A stretch of 64,000 bases of DNA from a virus: IMG/VR virus record IMGVR_UViG_3300044609_000721; one strand, 5' to 3'. Shown here in pieces: positions 55,249-64,000 of this stretch; the first letter of the stretch is position 1; every line of letters begins with the position of its first letter. Under the pieces are notes generated by a model. The model worked only from the letters and a program-made list of their open reading frames with translations, did no database searches and had not been told where the DNA came from. Position numbers and translations under genes: made by a program.

Positions 55249-56049
55249 TCACTTGAAATGTGTTACGACAACTAATCCAGGTCTTCCATTAGATCCTCTA
55301 TGACCAGAGAAATATCCACCAGATCCACCAGATCCTGGTGCAGAGTGAGACTGGTGGTTATGACTAAAGTTACCACCTTGAGGGTGTCCAGCAGCAACAG
55401 CACCACCAAAGTGTGATGCACCACCAACAGAAGAATAGTTGTGGTGTGATTGTCCACCACCACCATAAATGTTTAGATCTCCACCAGATCCAACTCCAGC
55501 AAGACCACCAGAGTGTTGGTTAGTTCTATTAGCACCAAGACCACCAGATGCTGAACAGTAAGCTCCAAACGAGGAAGCGCCACCATTATCACCAGGACCA
55601 GAATAATAAGTACCATTGACTTCTCCAGCAACAGTTACTGCAACTGTGGAAACCGATTGTACGTCAATAACTCTCTCTGAGTAACCACCGGCTCCTCCAC
55701 CTTCACCATGTCCAGATCCACCGCCGCCACCGCCTTGTACTTGAACTTTGATGAATCTTACACCAGTTGGTTTTGTCCAAGTACCAGATGAGGTGAATAC
55801 CTGCATACTGGTAATATTGTCAGATGTTGGTTTTGTGATCCACTGTGGATTTGTGCCATCAGTAGAAAGAATTCTACCAGCATTACCTGACTGTGAAGGG
55901 AGATACTGTTTATTGTTTCCACTAATAGTACCATTAATAACAAGGTTCGAAACTGTCAGAGTTCCGTTAGCAGTAACTGCACCAGAAGATAAACTAAATC
56001 CACCTGTATTACTTAGATCTTTAATTGCTGCAACTTTTAGGGTACTCAT
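55249..56049 (-). CDS. Glycine-rich short fibre / virion protein, paralog B
   Basis: Same architecture with identical DNA blocks. Confidence 0.75.
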   Translation of the reverse strand: MSTLKVAAIKDLSNTGGFSLSSGAVTANGTLTVSNLVINGTISGNNKQYLPSQSGNAGRILSTDGTNPQWITKPTSDNITSMQVFTSSGTWTKPTGVRFIKVQVQGGGGGGSGHGEGGGAGGYSERVIDVQSVSTVAVTVAGEVNGTYYSGPGDNGGASSFGAYCSASGGLGANRTNQHSGGLAGVGSGGDLNIYGGGGQSHHNYSSVGGASHFGGAVAAGHPQGGNFSHNHQSHSAPGSGGSGGYFSGHRGSNGRPGLVVVTHFK

Positions 56050-56071
56050 ACCTTAATCCTCTCTACATGTT

Positions 56072-56079
56072 TATTTATA
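56072..56079 (-). promoter_or_regulatory. T4 late promoter TATAAATA
   Basis: Perfect consensus about 25 nt upstream of the 56049 ATG. Confidence 0.8.
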
Positions 56080-56109
56080 AAATTGTTTGATCATAATGAG
56101 TCTGTACGT

Positions 56110-57048
56110 TTATGCTCTAGTGATGTAAATATATCCGCTGCCGTCACCAGAGGTATTGCCGCCAGTAGTATTTTGTGGATTAGATCCAGAATTAAATGAT
56201 CCACCTCCAGCAGCATCATAACTCCAAGGTGAGGCACCGCCTCCAGAATATCCACCGCCAGCGCCAGCACCGTTGGTTCCACCACCACCGCCACCGCCAC
56301 CGAATCCTCCGCGAGCATTAGCACCACCTACAGAACCATTAGTAAAAGATTGACCAAACCACGATCCACTACCATTACCAGTTAATCCACCACCGCCGCC
56401 AGCATTACCATATCCGCTGCCGCCAGATCCTCCTGAACCACCTCCAGCCCAAGAAGTACTAAAACCATTCTGACCAGAGTTTCCTGCAGGACTACCACTT
56501 CCACTAAATCCAGAAGCAGATCCTCCTCCTCCACCACCAGCAATAATTAATGGTGAATTATCAGTATAGCAGACATAAGTGCCTCCTCCACCACCAGCAT
56601 CATAGTAATTATTTTCTCCGTTTTGCCCAACAACCATTTTCAATTGCGTTCCAGAAGATAGTGAAAATGTTCCAACCATCAATGCTCCCCATCCACCCCA
56701 TCTACCCCAACCATTGCTATATCCACCCCTAGCTCCACCTACAGTAATTCTGTAAGATCCACTTGAAGGGACTATCCAATATTGATATCCAGAAATAACG
56801 TTATAGAATGAGATATTATTTTTCCAAGCATCAACACCTATTCCAGTAAGTCCATTTATACCTTGCGATAAACTTGGTCCAGTATTATATGCTTGTCCAC
56901 CTGGAGTAAATCTAGCCTCGGTAAAAGCATAGCGAGATCCACCAGAACCTGATGACGGACCAACTGGAATAAGATTTGATTTAAAACCAGTAATAAATGG
57001 TGCCATAGTAATTACGCAAACTCTGACATCTGTAGTAATGGAATCCAA
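56110..57048 (-). CDS. Glycine-rich (ALK/LTK-GRD-like) virion protein
   Basis: YQYWIVP.SG.Y.I...GA.GG, LKMVVGQ.G, GGGGGT, LIIAGGGGG; the true start is probably MAPFITG. Confidence 0.7.
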   Translation of the reverse strand: MDSITTDVRVCVITMAPFITGFKSNLIPVGPSSGSGGSRYAFTEARFTPGGQAYNTGPSLSQGINGLTGIGVDAWKNNISFYNVISGYQYWIVPSSGSYRITVGGARGGYSNGWGRWGGWGALMVGTFSLSSGTQLKMVVGQNGENNYYDAGGGGGTYVCYTDNSPLIIAGGGGGGSASGFSGSGSPAGNSGQNGFSTSWAGGGSGGSGGSGYGNAGGGGGLTGNGSGSWFGQSFTNGSVGGANARGGFGGGGGGGGTNGAGAGGGYSGGGASPWSYDAAGGGSFNSGSNPQNTTGGNTSGDGSGYIYITRA

Positions 57049-57947
57049 CTGTTAGAAGTTCCACCACTTGAATCTGTATATTGAGTAACTCTCATCATAG
57101 AAACTCCAACCACAACTGTTCTATTTGCAGTTGCAGCAGGTGCTGATCCACCACTCCATCTTGCAGTTCCAATGCTTGTACCATCTAACATAATTGTACC
57201 AGAAGGTCTATATGCAGTTGAACCATTCTGATATATAATCGTGAAACCAAATGCTCTGTTGGAGTCTACTCCACCAGTTCCAATACTTGTTTGAGGGAGA
57301 CCTCTCAGGTTTATCATAAAATTGTTCTGTAGATTAGTGATATAAACGATTCCACCGTCAAGATAGTCAATATTAACAACTGGAGAAGTATCAAAATCAG
57401 GTAATCTGTAAGATACCATCTTTTCTCTAATGGCACCAACATCAAATCGTGCTCCTACAGTATTTAAAATGTCATAAACATCTAAATCTTCGTAAGCAGC
57501 AACGTTCGAATCTTCACCAATAACATAGAAATTTGCACCATTTTCAATTGTTAGGGTATATCCACTAGCAATTTCTACTGGACCTGCACTATAAGCATTA
57601 GTAAACTGAGCACCACCGTTAGCAACTGGACCAATAGTAATGTTTTCATCGATACTATTAGAGTTTGTTCTAATGTAAGAAGTATCTTTATTACCTACGT
57701 GAGGACCACCAGCACCAACAAGAGTCCATCCATCTAGACCCTGGCCGTTTGAGTTGCTGACATAAACCTCTACCTTATCTTCAGTTGTATTGAATCTAAG
57801 TGTACCGTAAGCAACACCAGTAGGACGTTGAGCAGTAGTACCAGTCGGTAACTGCAAAACACTATTAGTGTTTAAGAACTGTAGTGAGGAAATCAGAGCT
57901 TGAGTACTAGTACTAATCTGATTACCATTGATTTGCTGTAATGCCAT
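57012..57947 (-). CDS. Tail fibre-related protein
   Basis: LQLPTGTTAQRP..G.LRFNTT..VEVY motif common in cyanophage fibre proteins. Confidence 0.7.
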   Translation of the reverse strand: MALQQINGNQISTSTQALISSLQFLNTNSVLQLPTGTTAQRPTGVAYGTLRFNTTEDKVEVYVSNSNGQGLDGWTLVGAGGPHVGNKDTSYIRTNSNSIDENITIGPVANGGAQFTNAYSAGPVEIASGYTLTIENGANFYVIGEDSNVAAYEDLDVYDILNTVGARFDVGAIREKMVSYRLPDFDTSPVVNIDYLDGGIVYITNLQNNFMINLRGLPQTSIGTGGVDSNRAFGFTIIYQNGSTAYRPSGTIMLDGTSIGTARWSGGSAPAATANRTVVVGVSMMRVTQYTDSSGGTSNSWIPLLQMSEFA

Positions 57948-57972
57948 TTGTTACGCAGTCCTTTCCTATTTG

Positions 57973-57980
57973 TATTTATT
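57973..57980 (-). promoter_or_regulatory. Late promoter variant AATAAATA
   Basis: About 25 nt upstream of the 57947 ATG. Confidence 0.65.
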
Positions 57981-60900
57981 AGATTGGGAACTCTCTAATC
58001 TGAATATTGTCTCCATTTCTAGGAGCATCACCAGATCCAAATACAACGTTAGTACCAGAAACTGTATAATTTGTATCAGGTACTTGGCAAACACCATTGA
58101 TGAATACCATTACACTTCTGGAATTATGACCAGAGGTAATAGTATATTGTTGGGTTGTACCATCACCAGTGTACGATCTCAAAATATACTTAGATGGAGA
58201 AACACCTCCCTTACCATCAACAACAAGATCACCACTAATATGCTGACTACCAGTAACATCTAATCTATAGGTGGTGTTTGCAGTACCACCAAGAGCCATA
58301 TTTGTATTGGATCCAAATGTAGCAATATCAATGAATCCTGTGTTTGTAAGTCCAAACTTATACCATGTATTGGAATAATAAATCCAACCTAGGTTCTTTC
58401 CAGGAGTCCATGATGTATTGTATACAATATCACCGTCAATAGGTGTTGTATAATATGTTAGAGCAGATAGATTTGGTTGTCCAGATCCATTGTCTGGTGC
58501 CATTAGTGTGGACTTTAGAATTGTACCATCTGGATTCGCATATGTCAACTTCTTGACTTGAATATTGCTGTCCGAAGTAAGTTTTCCTTGGAATGTTACA
58601 GGACCAGCAAATAGTGATTCTAACTGGTTAGATGCACCACCAAGAACCGTCAACTTATCAGTAAGAACAAGTTCAGAGAATGTCTGAATTGTAGTGTTCT
58701 CTTCACCAACAACATTCAACTGAGCAATATCGTCAGAAGTGATCTGTCCAGTAACAGGGTTGATAACCTGGTTACCGATGAATAGATCACCGTTCGAGTT
58801 TAGACCAGAGTAGAATGAAACACCAGCAGCTTCCTTAAGTGACTGAGATAGTTTTACCTGATCTGCAGTTAGAACTTCAACCTGAGTCTGTGGGAATGCA
58901 GTTGAGTAGTTACCAGGACCGAAACCAGTATATTCAAATGTATGGTTACCAGATCTTTGAATAGAGTGACGACGAAGTTCAATGGGGATGGGTACCAATT
59001 CTCCCTCAGTATCAACCTTGAGTGGAATCATTCTAGTTTCAGCATCACCTAGTCTAGCAGTCAATCCAAATGAACCGATTGTTCCAGCACTAGCATTCCA
59101 TGCAAGGTTATTTTGAGATTCTGCAAGGAAGAATTGTGCTGCTTCCTTTGTGATACTTCTCTTAGTATCCTTATTTGGAGTTGGAGTAGCACCATCGGTT
59201 CCATATACCAGACCAATAGTAATATTATCCGCAACAGAAATAGATGCCAATGGATCAGCATTTGGATTATCTCTGTCAAATGCAGGATATACTTCGTTCA
59301 CATTCTGAGAGAATCTAAAGTCATTAAAGTTTGAAGTGGATGGTGTAATAGATGCACACAATACACTCAAGTAGTAAATACCATCGGCAACACCTCTTTC
59401 AAATTGCTGATGAGTTTCAATCTCATACACATAATAAACTTTATTGTATGATGGAGAACTAGACTCACTGGATCTTGGTTGCAACACATAACCAGTAATA
59501 GGTGCTCTAGGAACAGGGAATGAATCTTTTGGCATTACATAGCGTAATCTATAGATTCTATCTTTCAGAACACGAGCATCAGGTACTCTCTTGATGAATG
59601 TAGTTGGAGTAAATGCTAGAGTATTGTAAATGGCATTGGTAGTTAGAGTAGTAAAGATTTCATTACTTGTAGATGAAACTTGAATATACCAACCACCAAC
59701 AACACTTTGACCACCAACACTGTATGTGTTTGAGTCAAACTTCAATGGGCTATCTGCAGTATTTGCAGTTGCAGTAGTTACAGATGGTCCGTATGGATTA
59801 ATTCTTGCAGATTTAACTGTTGCTGTTGTAGATCCAGAAGAAATTAGCAGACAGTATAACTTATCTGGTACAGCAGATCCACCAGTACCATCTTGTCTAG
59901 CACCAACAGTATAACCTTGAACTTTCTTTGGAGGTGCAGCATCTGGATTAGTGTATCCATATAGATACAATCTCTGTGAATTTGCAACTACTTTGGTTCT
60001 CTGAATATCAACGTTAACCCAGTTTACAGATACTTCAGGAACATCAGAAAGAGACTTAGGTGGAATGATGTGAGTTAGAGTTCCGAACTTATCCTTAGTA
60101 AATGCTGCTGCTTTGAATCCCTTACAGCGGAGAGCAGTGTTACCAAAGTTAGAGTTGGAGTTAGTGATGGACATGTCAGCACCACTATCAGCAAAGAAGT
60201 GATCACCATATCCCACCGCGAACACCGAAACGACCTGAATGAATGCGTCGTTGGATGCCTTAATGTGAACGTGTCTCCATCCCTTCTTATATCTACATGC
60301 ACCATCTAGGTGAGCACCTTGGCCACCCTCATCGTAGGATCCAGTAGAAGTGTTATAGCGTACAAATGCACGATCGTCTTTCTGTAGAGATAGACCAGTG
60401 AACTGTGCAACAACCATGGATTTGAAACCAGTGGTTTTTCCACCATCAGCGTGCATACCATTCATACCCCACACAGAACGTAGGGATAGGTTGAACACAT
60501 ATGGAGATGATGAGTCAACAGTATCAATCTCAACCTTAACTAGAATGTTAGATCCAACAGCATTACCAGTTGGTTCATCAGACATCTGATAGGTAAATAC
60601 GTTTCCTTGTGCAGATGTTACTTGGAAGGATCCATTGTAGAGAGAGGCATCCAGTTCAGACTGAGTACCAGTCGATCCAGTAACACCTGAAATATTAACA
60701 GAAACCCCAACGGAGAATCCGTGATTCTTAGGATTACCTAGTTCATCAACAGTGATTGCAGTAGCAGTCTGACCGTTTCTAGTAATCTGAAGAACCTGGA
60801 ATTCGTCAGAGATAGGTCCAACGATTCTATTTTCTTCGATTCTTGGTTGTAGTTGGTCTTGTGATGGAGTACCAGAGGTATCAGGAATAGAAGTGAATGC

Positions 60901-61668
60901 TCTCGAAATCTTCTGATAGTAGATCTCAAGGTCAGTTCTGGACTGAAGATCAGGAATGATCGAAGAGTTAATATCAAAGTTTGGTTTTACATTTCCATCA
61001 GCAATTAACTGTCTGAGTTCGTTTCTACCATCAGCAAACTCAAATGCAGTTAGTTTGTGGTGTGAATAGTTTGGTTGGATTGTAGTAGCATCATTCTCTT
61101 TGTAGTAAACACCAGTAGAGTCACCATCAAAGAAGGAGAACTGCCAGAAGTAGCAACCACCAGTTACACGGAAGATTGCAGCCTTTGATGGTTCGTTAAC
61201 TGTGGTGATGCCTAGAGATGGTCTCGTTGTAGGATAAGGAATGTACTTAGGAATAATCTTAGTTCTTCTAAGGTCAGATCCTACGATAGAACAACCTCTA
61301 GGAACAATAACACCACCTTCAACAGAGTTAAATTTATAAAGAATATTGTTAGGACTTGTCACATCAAAGTTTGAGTTTTCATCCAGAGGTGGAATTTCTG
61401 TGTATAGAATTTCTCCTGGACGATTATCAATAATATATTCAGAGGGGTATAGGTAGATGCTGAATGCATCATACTCGTCATTAGAAAGACCAACACGATA
61501 CGAGAATCGTGATACTTCAAGAAGTGCTCTCTGTAAAGTCTTGAAAGGTCTAAGAGCAGAGTTACCTCTATTGTCAATCGAGTCCGAAGCGTCGAAATCA
61601 TCGGGATTGACGTAGATGATACGTCCCGTTCTGGACGTAATAATATTCTTGAGTCTTGTTAATGACAT
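57979..61668 (-). CDS. Tail fibre / virion structural protein (1229 aa)
   Basis: MSLTRLKNII...RIIYVNPDDFDASDSIDNRGNS..RPFKTLQRAL N-terminus, beta-helix-like centre, C-terminal GDGTTQQYTI...VMVFINGVCQ repeat. Confidence 0.8.
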   Translation of the reverse strand: MSLTRLKNIITSRTGRIIYVNPDDFDASDSIDNRGNSALRPFKTLQRALLEVSRFSYRVGLSNDEYDAFSIYLYPSEYIIDNRPGEILYTEIPPLDENSNFDVTSPNNILYKFNSVEGGVIVPRGCSIVGSDLRRTKIIPKYIPYPTTRPSLGITTVNEPSKAAIFRVTGGCYFWQFSFFDGDSTGVYYKENDATTIQPNYSHHKLTAFEFADGRNELRQLIADGNVKPNFDINSSIIPDLQSRTDLEIYYQKISRAFTSIPDTSGTPSQDQLQPRIEENRIVGPISDEFQVLQITRNGQTATAITVDELGNPKNHGFSVGVSVNISGVTGSTGTQSELDASLYNGSFQVTSAQGNVFTYQMSDEPTGNAVGSNILVKVEIDTVDSSSPYVFNLSLRSVWGMNGMHADGGKTTGFKSMVVAQFTGLSLQKDDRAFVRYNTSTGSYDEGGQGAHLDGACRYKKGWRHVHIKASNDAFIQVVSVFAVGYGDHFFADSGADMSITNSNSNFGNTALRCKGFKAAAFTKDKFGTLTHIIPPKSLSDVPEVSVNWVNVDIQRTKVVANSQRLYLYGYTNPDAAPPKKVQGYTVGARQDGTGGSAVPDKLYCLLISSGSTTATVKSARINPYGPSVTTATANTADSPLKFDSNTYSVGGQSVVGGWYIQVSSTSNEIFTTLTTNAIYNTLAFTPTTFIKRVPDARVLKDRIYRLRYVMPKDSFPVPRAPITGYVLQPRSSESSSPSYNKVYYVYEIETHQQFERGVADGIYYLSVLCASITPSTSNFNDFRFSQNVNEVYPAFDRDNPNADPLASISVADNITIGLVYGTDGATPTPNKDTKRSITKEAAQFFLAESQNNLAWNASAGTIGSFGLTARLGDAETRMIPLKVDTEGELVPIPIELRRHSIQRSGNHTFEYTGFGPGNYSTAFPQTQVEVLTADQVKLSQSLKEAAGVSFYSGLNSNGDLFIGNQVINPVTGQITSDDIAQLNVVGEENTTIQTFSELVLTDKLTVLGGASNQLESLFAGPVTFQGKLTSDSNIQVKKLTYANPDGTILKSTLMAPDNGSGQPNLSALTYYTTPIDGDIVYNTSWTPGKNLGWIYYSNTWYKFGLTNTGFIDIATFGSNTNMALGGTANTTYRLDVTGSQHISGDLVVDGKGGVSPSKYILRSYTGDGTTQQYTITSGHNSRSVMVFINGVCQVPDTNYTVSGTNVVFGSGDAPRNGDNIQIREFPI

Positions 61669-61693
61669 AGTTTTATTGTCCTATATTACTTAA

Positions 61694-63709
61694 TTAGATA
61701 GTAACTCTGTTATAAAGTAGAACTTCAAAGTCCGATGTAGTGTCTTCGAATCCATTTAGAACATAACTAAGGTCAGCAACACTAGAATTTACAACAATTG
61801 ATTGACCTGGACCAACTACAATACTTGTATTTTTGTCAGTTACCTTTGTTGCTAATGACTTATCAAACAGAATATAATCTTCTGCATTTACAGAAGTTGC
61901 AGAAGTAAGAGATGATACAGTAGCAAAGGATCTCACAACACCAACTTCTCTAGGAGAATCATATAACATATGTTCAAATGTTCCAGTTCCAGAAACTGCA
62001 CCAGTGTTTGCAATTGATAGTGTGACGGTTGTTCCACTAATTGCGGTGATTCTAGCACCAGATGCAATTCCAGTTCCAGAAACTGACATACCTTTAACAA
62101 GTCCAGTGGCAGAGCCAACCGTAATTGTCTTAGTACCATTAGATCCAGTAATGGAAGTGGTTATTTCAGCAAAAGCGACGGAATTAAGTCCAAGAGAAAC
62201 TTTGAGTGCAGTTCCAGAGTAACTGTGTACATAACCATATGGTCCAATATGAACAGCGCCTACATCGTTACTACCAGAACCAGTATCAAAAGAATCAGTT
62301 ACTGAGATCGTACCATCAATATCATAAACGTAAATACTATTATAAAGTGGAGTATTATCAATTGTAACACCTCCACCCAATCCATCTTCGTCTAAATCAA
62401 CAATATTTAAATTGACAGAAGTAGTTGAAGTGATATCAATTTGAGTGTATGCTCCAGCAGATCCAGCAATACCAACAATAGAAACTCCAGTTGCATATTC
62501 TGCTGTTTCTCCAGTTAATCGGAATCTAAGTGAATGGTTCGTGTTTGATGAATCATTCTGAAGGAATCTATATGTCCTATTCAAGATGGCAGAGAAGTTG
62601 GTAATATTCTGATAAATGCCAACACTGCCAATATCATAAACAAATTTCTTCGTTGGTGAGAATGGGTTGTTAGTTAAAGTACTATAATTTACTTCGGATG
62701 CTACAGGTCCAACAGTCACTACTTCATCTTGATCAAAGAAGTTGAGGATAACTCTATCATCATATGTAAAGTATGAAACGGTGGCGGCAGCAAGATGAGC
62801 AGCGGCAGTTGTACCAAATCTTCCTCTAGAAACATCAATAGTTGTACCATTGATACCAAGAATTTCCATCAATTCATTATCAATTTTAATATAATTACCG
62901 ATGGTTAATCCAGTAGCACTTGCAACATCTAGACTAGTTACAACACCATCAATACCGCTAGAGAGAGTTGTAGTTGTTGCAGTAGTACCAAGTACAGAAC
63001 AAGTTGAACCACTCTTGTGAGCAGATGCAGTAGTTCCGAACTGTGCTCTAGTTACAGCAGAAATGAATCCAGTAAAAGTACCAAGCAATACAATTTCAAA
63101 ATCATTTGAACCTGGTGTTGTACTAACTCCTGGAATGGCAACATACTTACCAGAAGCAACATTAGTGAGATTTGCAAATCTTAAATTGGTTGCAGCACTA
63201 GTAACGTCAGGAATACCAGCAGAAATTGCGTTGGTAGTAGATTGATAAGAATAGACTAGAGCAGTAAGTCCATTTGCTCCAGTTAAAGTATCTCCAGCCG
63301 CAATTGTTCCTCCAGTAGGAGCAACACCCAAGTTAAAATTACCAACGTCATCCACTTTAGTTGGAACTTCAATGATGCTATCATCTGTTACAACATCAAG
63401 ATATCTGAAGGTTGCATTTTGACTATCTGTTGTGATCAAACTTCCAGGTACAAGAGCATTTGCCTGAACACCAGGAATTAGATCTAACTGGTAAGTACTT
63501 ACTACGTTACCTTTTCTGTATTCATAGTTACTAGCATCTACAGTTAAAATTTGGTCATAGTCTCTTAGACCGACTTTATAAGTCGAAGCAGAGGATCCCT
63601 GATTGGTTACGTTAAGAACTGCACTAGCAGAACTTCCAATTGGAGATCTGTATAAAAGGGTATCTGTAGTTGCTGAAGGTTTTGCCGAAGCTAGTTTTCC
63701 TGCGGTCAT
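61694..63709 (-). CDS. Virion structural protein (671 aa, Thr/Gly-rich)
   Basis: MTAGKLASAKP...LLY N-terminus, IDNELMEI...V.RG.FGTTAAAH repeats. Confidence 0.75.
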   Translation of the reverse strand: MTAGKLASAKPSATTDTLLYRSPIGSSASAVLNVTNQGSSASTYKVGLRDYDQILTVDASNYEYRKGNVVSTYQLDLIPGVQANALVPGSLITTDSQNATFRYLDVVTDDSIIEVPTKVDDVGNFNLGVAPTGGTIAAGDTLTGANGLTALVYSYQSTTNAISAGIPDVTSAATNLRFANLTNVASGKYVAIPGVSTTPGSNDFEIVLLGTFTGFISAVTRAQFGTTASAHKSGSTCSVLGTTATTTTLSSGIDGVVTSLDVASATGLTIGNYIKIDNELMEILGINGTTIDVSRGRFGTTAAAHLAAATVSYFTYDDRVILNFFDQDEVVTVGPVASEVNYSTLTNNPFSPTKKFVYDIGSVGIYQNITNFSAILNRTYRFLQNDSSNTNHSLRFRLTGETAEYATGVSIVGIAGSAGAYTQIDITSTTSVNLNIVDLDEDGLGGGVTIDNTPLYNSIYVYDIDGTISVTDSFDTGSGSNDVGAVHIGPYGYVHSYSGTALKVSLGLNSVAFAEITTSITGSNGTKTITVGSATGLVKGMSVSGTGIASGARITAISGTTVTLSIANTGAVSGTGTFEHMLYDSPREVGVVRSFATVSSLTSATSVNAEDYILFDKSLATKVTDKNTSIVVGPGQSIVVNSSVADLSYVLNGFEDTTSDFEVLLYNRVTI

Positions 63710-63716
63710 TTGTTAT

Positions 63717-64000
63717 CTACCATCCTGATTGAAAATGTGCCTGTAGTTTGAGTCTTCCTCCAAGATTTTTTGCTGTAATTGCTCCACCAAAATCAATATT
63801 CTCTAGTGATCCAGCATTGTTGGTGGATAGTAATGTAGCATCGCCATCTGGAAATTGTATAGTTCTCGTTTCACTAATATTAGTTAGGTCAAAAACAACT
63901 CGTCTCAATGATGATCTAACGTCAGAAAATACTGGTTGATCGTATAATTTATTTTTGATTGTTTGAGATGCTAACTCAGAAACAAGAATGCTTGTTGCTG
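63717..64000 (-). CDS. 3' end of a tail-fibre-like gene (5' part outside window)
   Basis: Open frame to the window edge; FDLTNISETRTIQFPDGDATLLSTNN. Confidence 0.65.
   Translation of the reverse strand, partial: ATSILVSELASQTIKNKLYDQPVFSDVRSSLRRVVFDLTNISETRTIQFPDGDATLLSTNNAGSLENIDFGGAITAKNLGGRLKLQAHFQSGW

Noticed and set aside
54438-57048. Diversity-generating retroelement (TR/VR) explanation for the fibre duplications
   Set aside because: There is no reverse transcriptase in the window, the shared blocks are identical rather than adenine-variant, and both copies are full ORFs.
1-64000. tRNA, rRNA, group I intron, integrase, photosynthesis AMGs
   Set aside because: I saw no T-loop/acceptor-stem pattern, interrupted gene or matching motif by eye; tRNAscan-SE and Infernal would be needed to exclude them formally.

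Overview
Fragment of a T4-like cyanomyovirus (Kyanoviridae-type) genome. Every credible gene is on the minus strand; the plus-strand ORFs in the track are antisense shadows. There are four blocks. (1) 1-22.3 kb is a late baseplate module: a giant gp7-like wedge protein (>4600 aa, missing from the ORF track because it runs off the window), gp6 with an unusual Ser/Thr-rich tail, gp25, a PAAR protein and a 1402-aa virion protein. (2) 22.3-45.7 kb is a hypervariable early-type region of many small ORFs plus an SF2 helicase, a ligase-like nucleotidyltransferase, a DUF262 plus His-Me-finger-like gene pair and a DenV-like glycosylase. At least 13 host-RNAP promoters of two classes punctuate it, each class with its own palindromic upstream site. 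It also holds five cyanobacterial-type DnaA boxes (TTTTCCACA) next to an AT-rich element and a divergent promoter, a candidate hybrid origin or DnaA sink. (3) 45.7-53.9 kb is a coupled array of nine Fe(II)/2OG oxygenase-type genes, a dUTPase-fold-like gene and a flavin-dependent halogenase. (4) 53.9-64 kb holds a fibre chaperone, Gly-rich short fibres and tail-fibre or virion proteins under T4-type late promoters. I saw no tRNA, rRNA, CRISPR array, integrase or reverse transcriptase. All family assignments come from motif reading by eye, not database searches.
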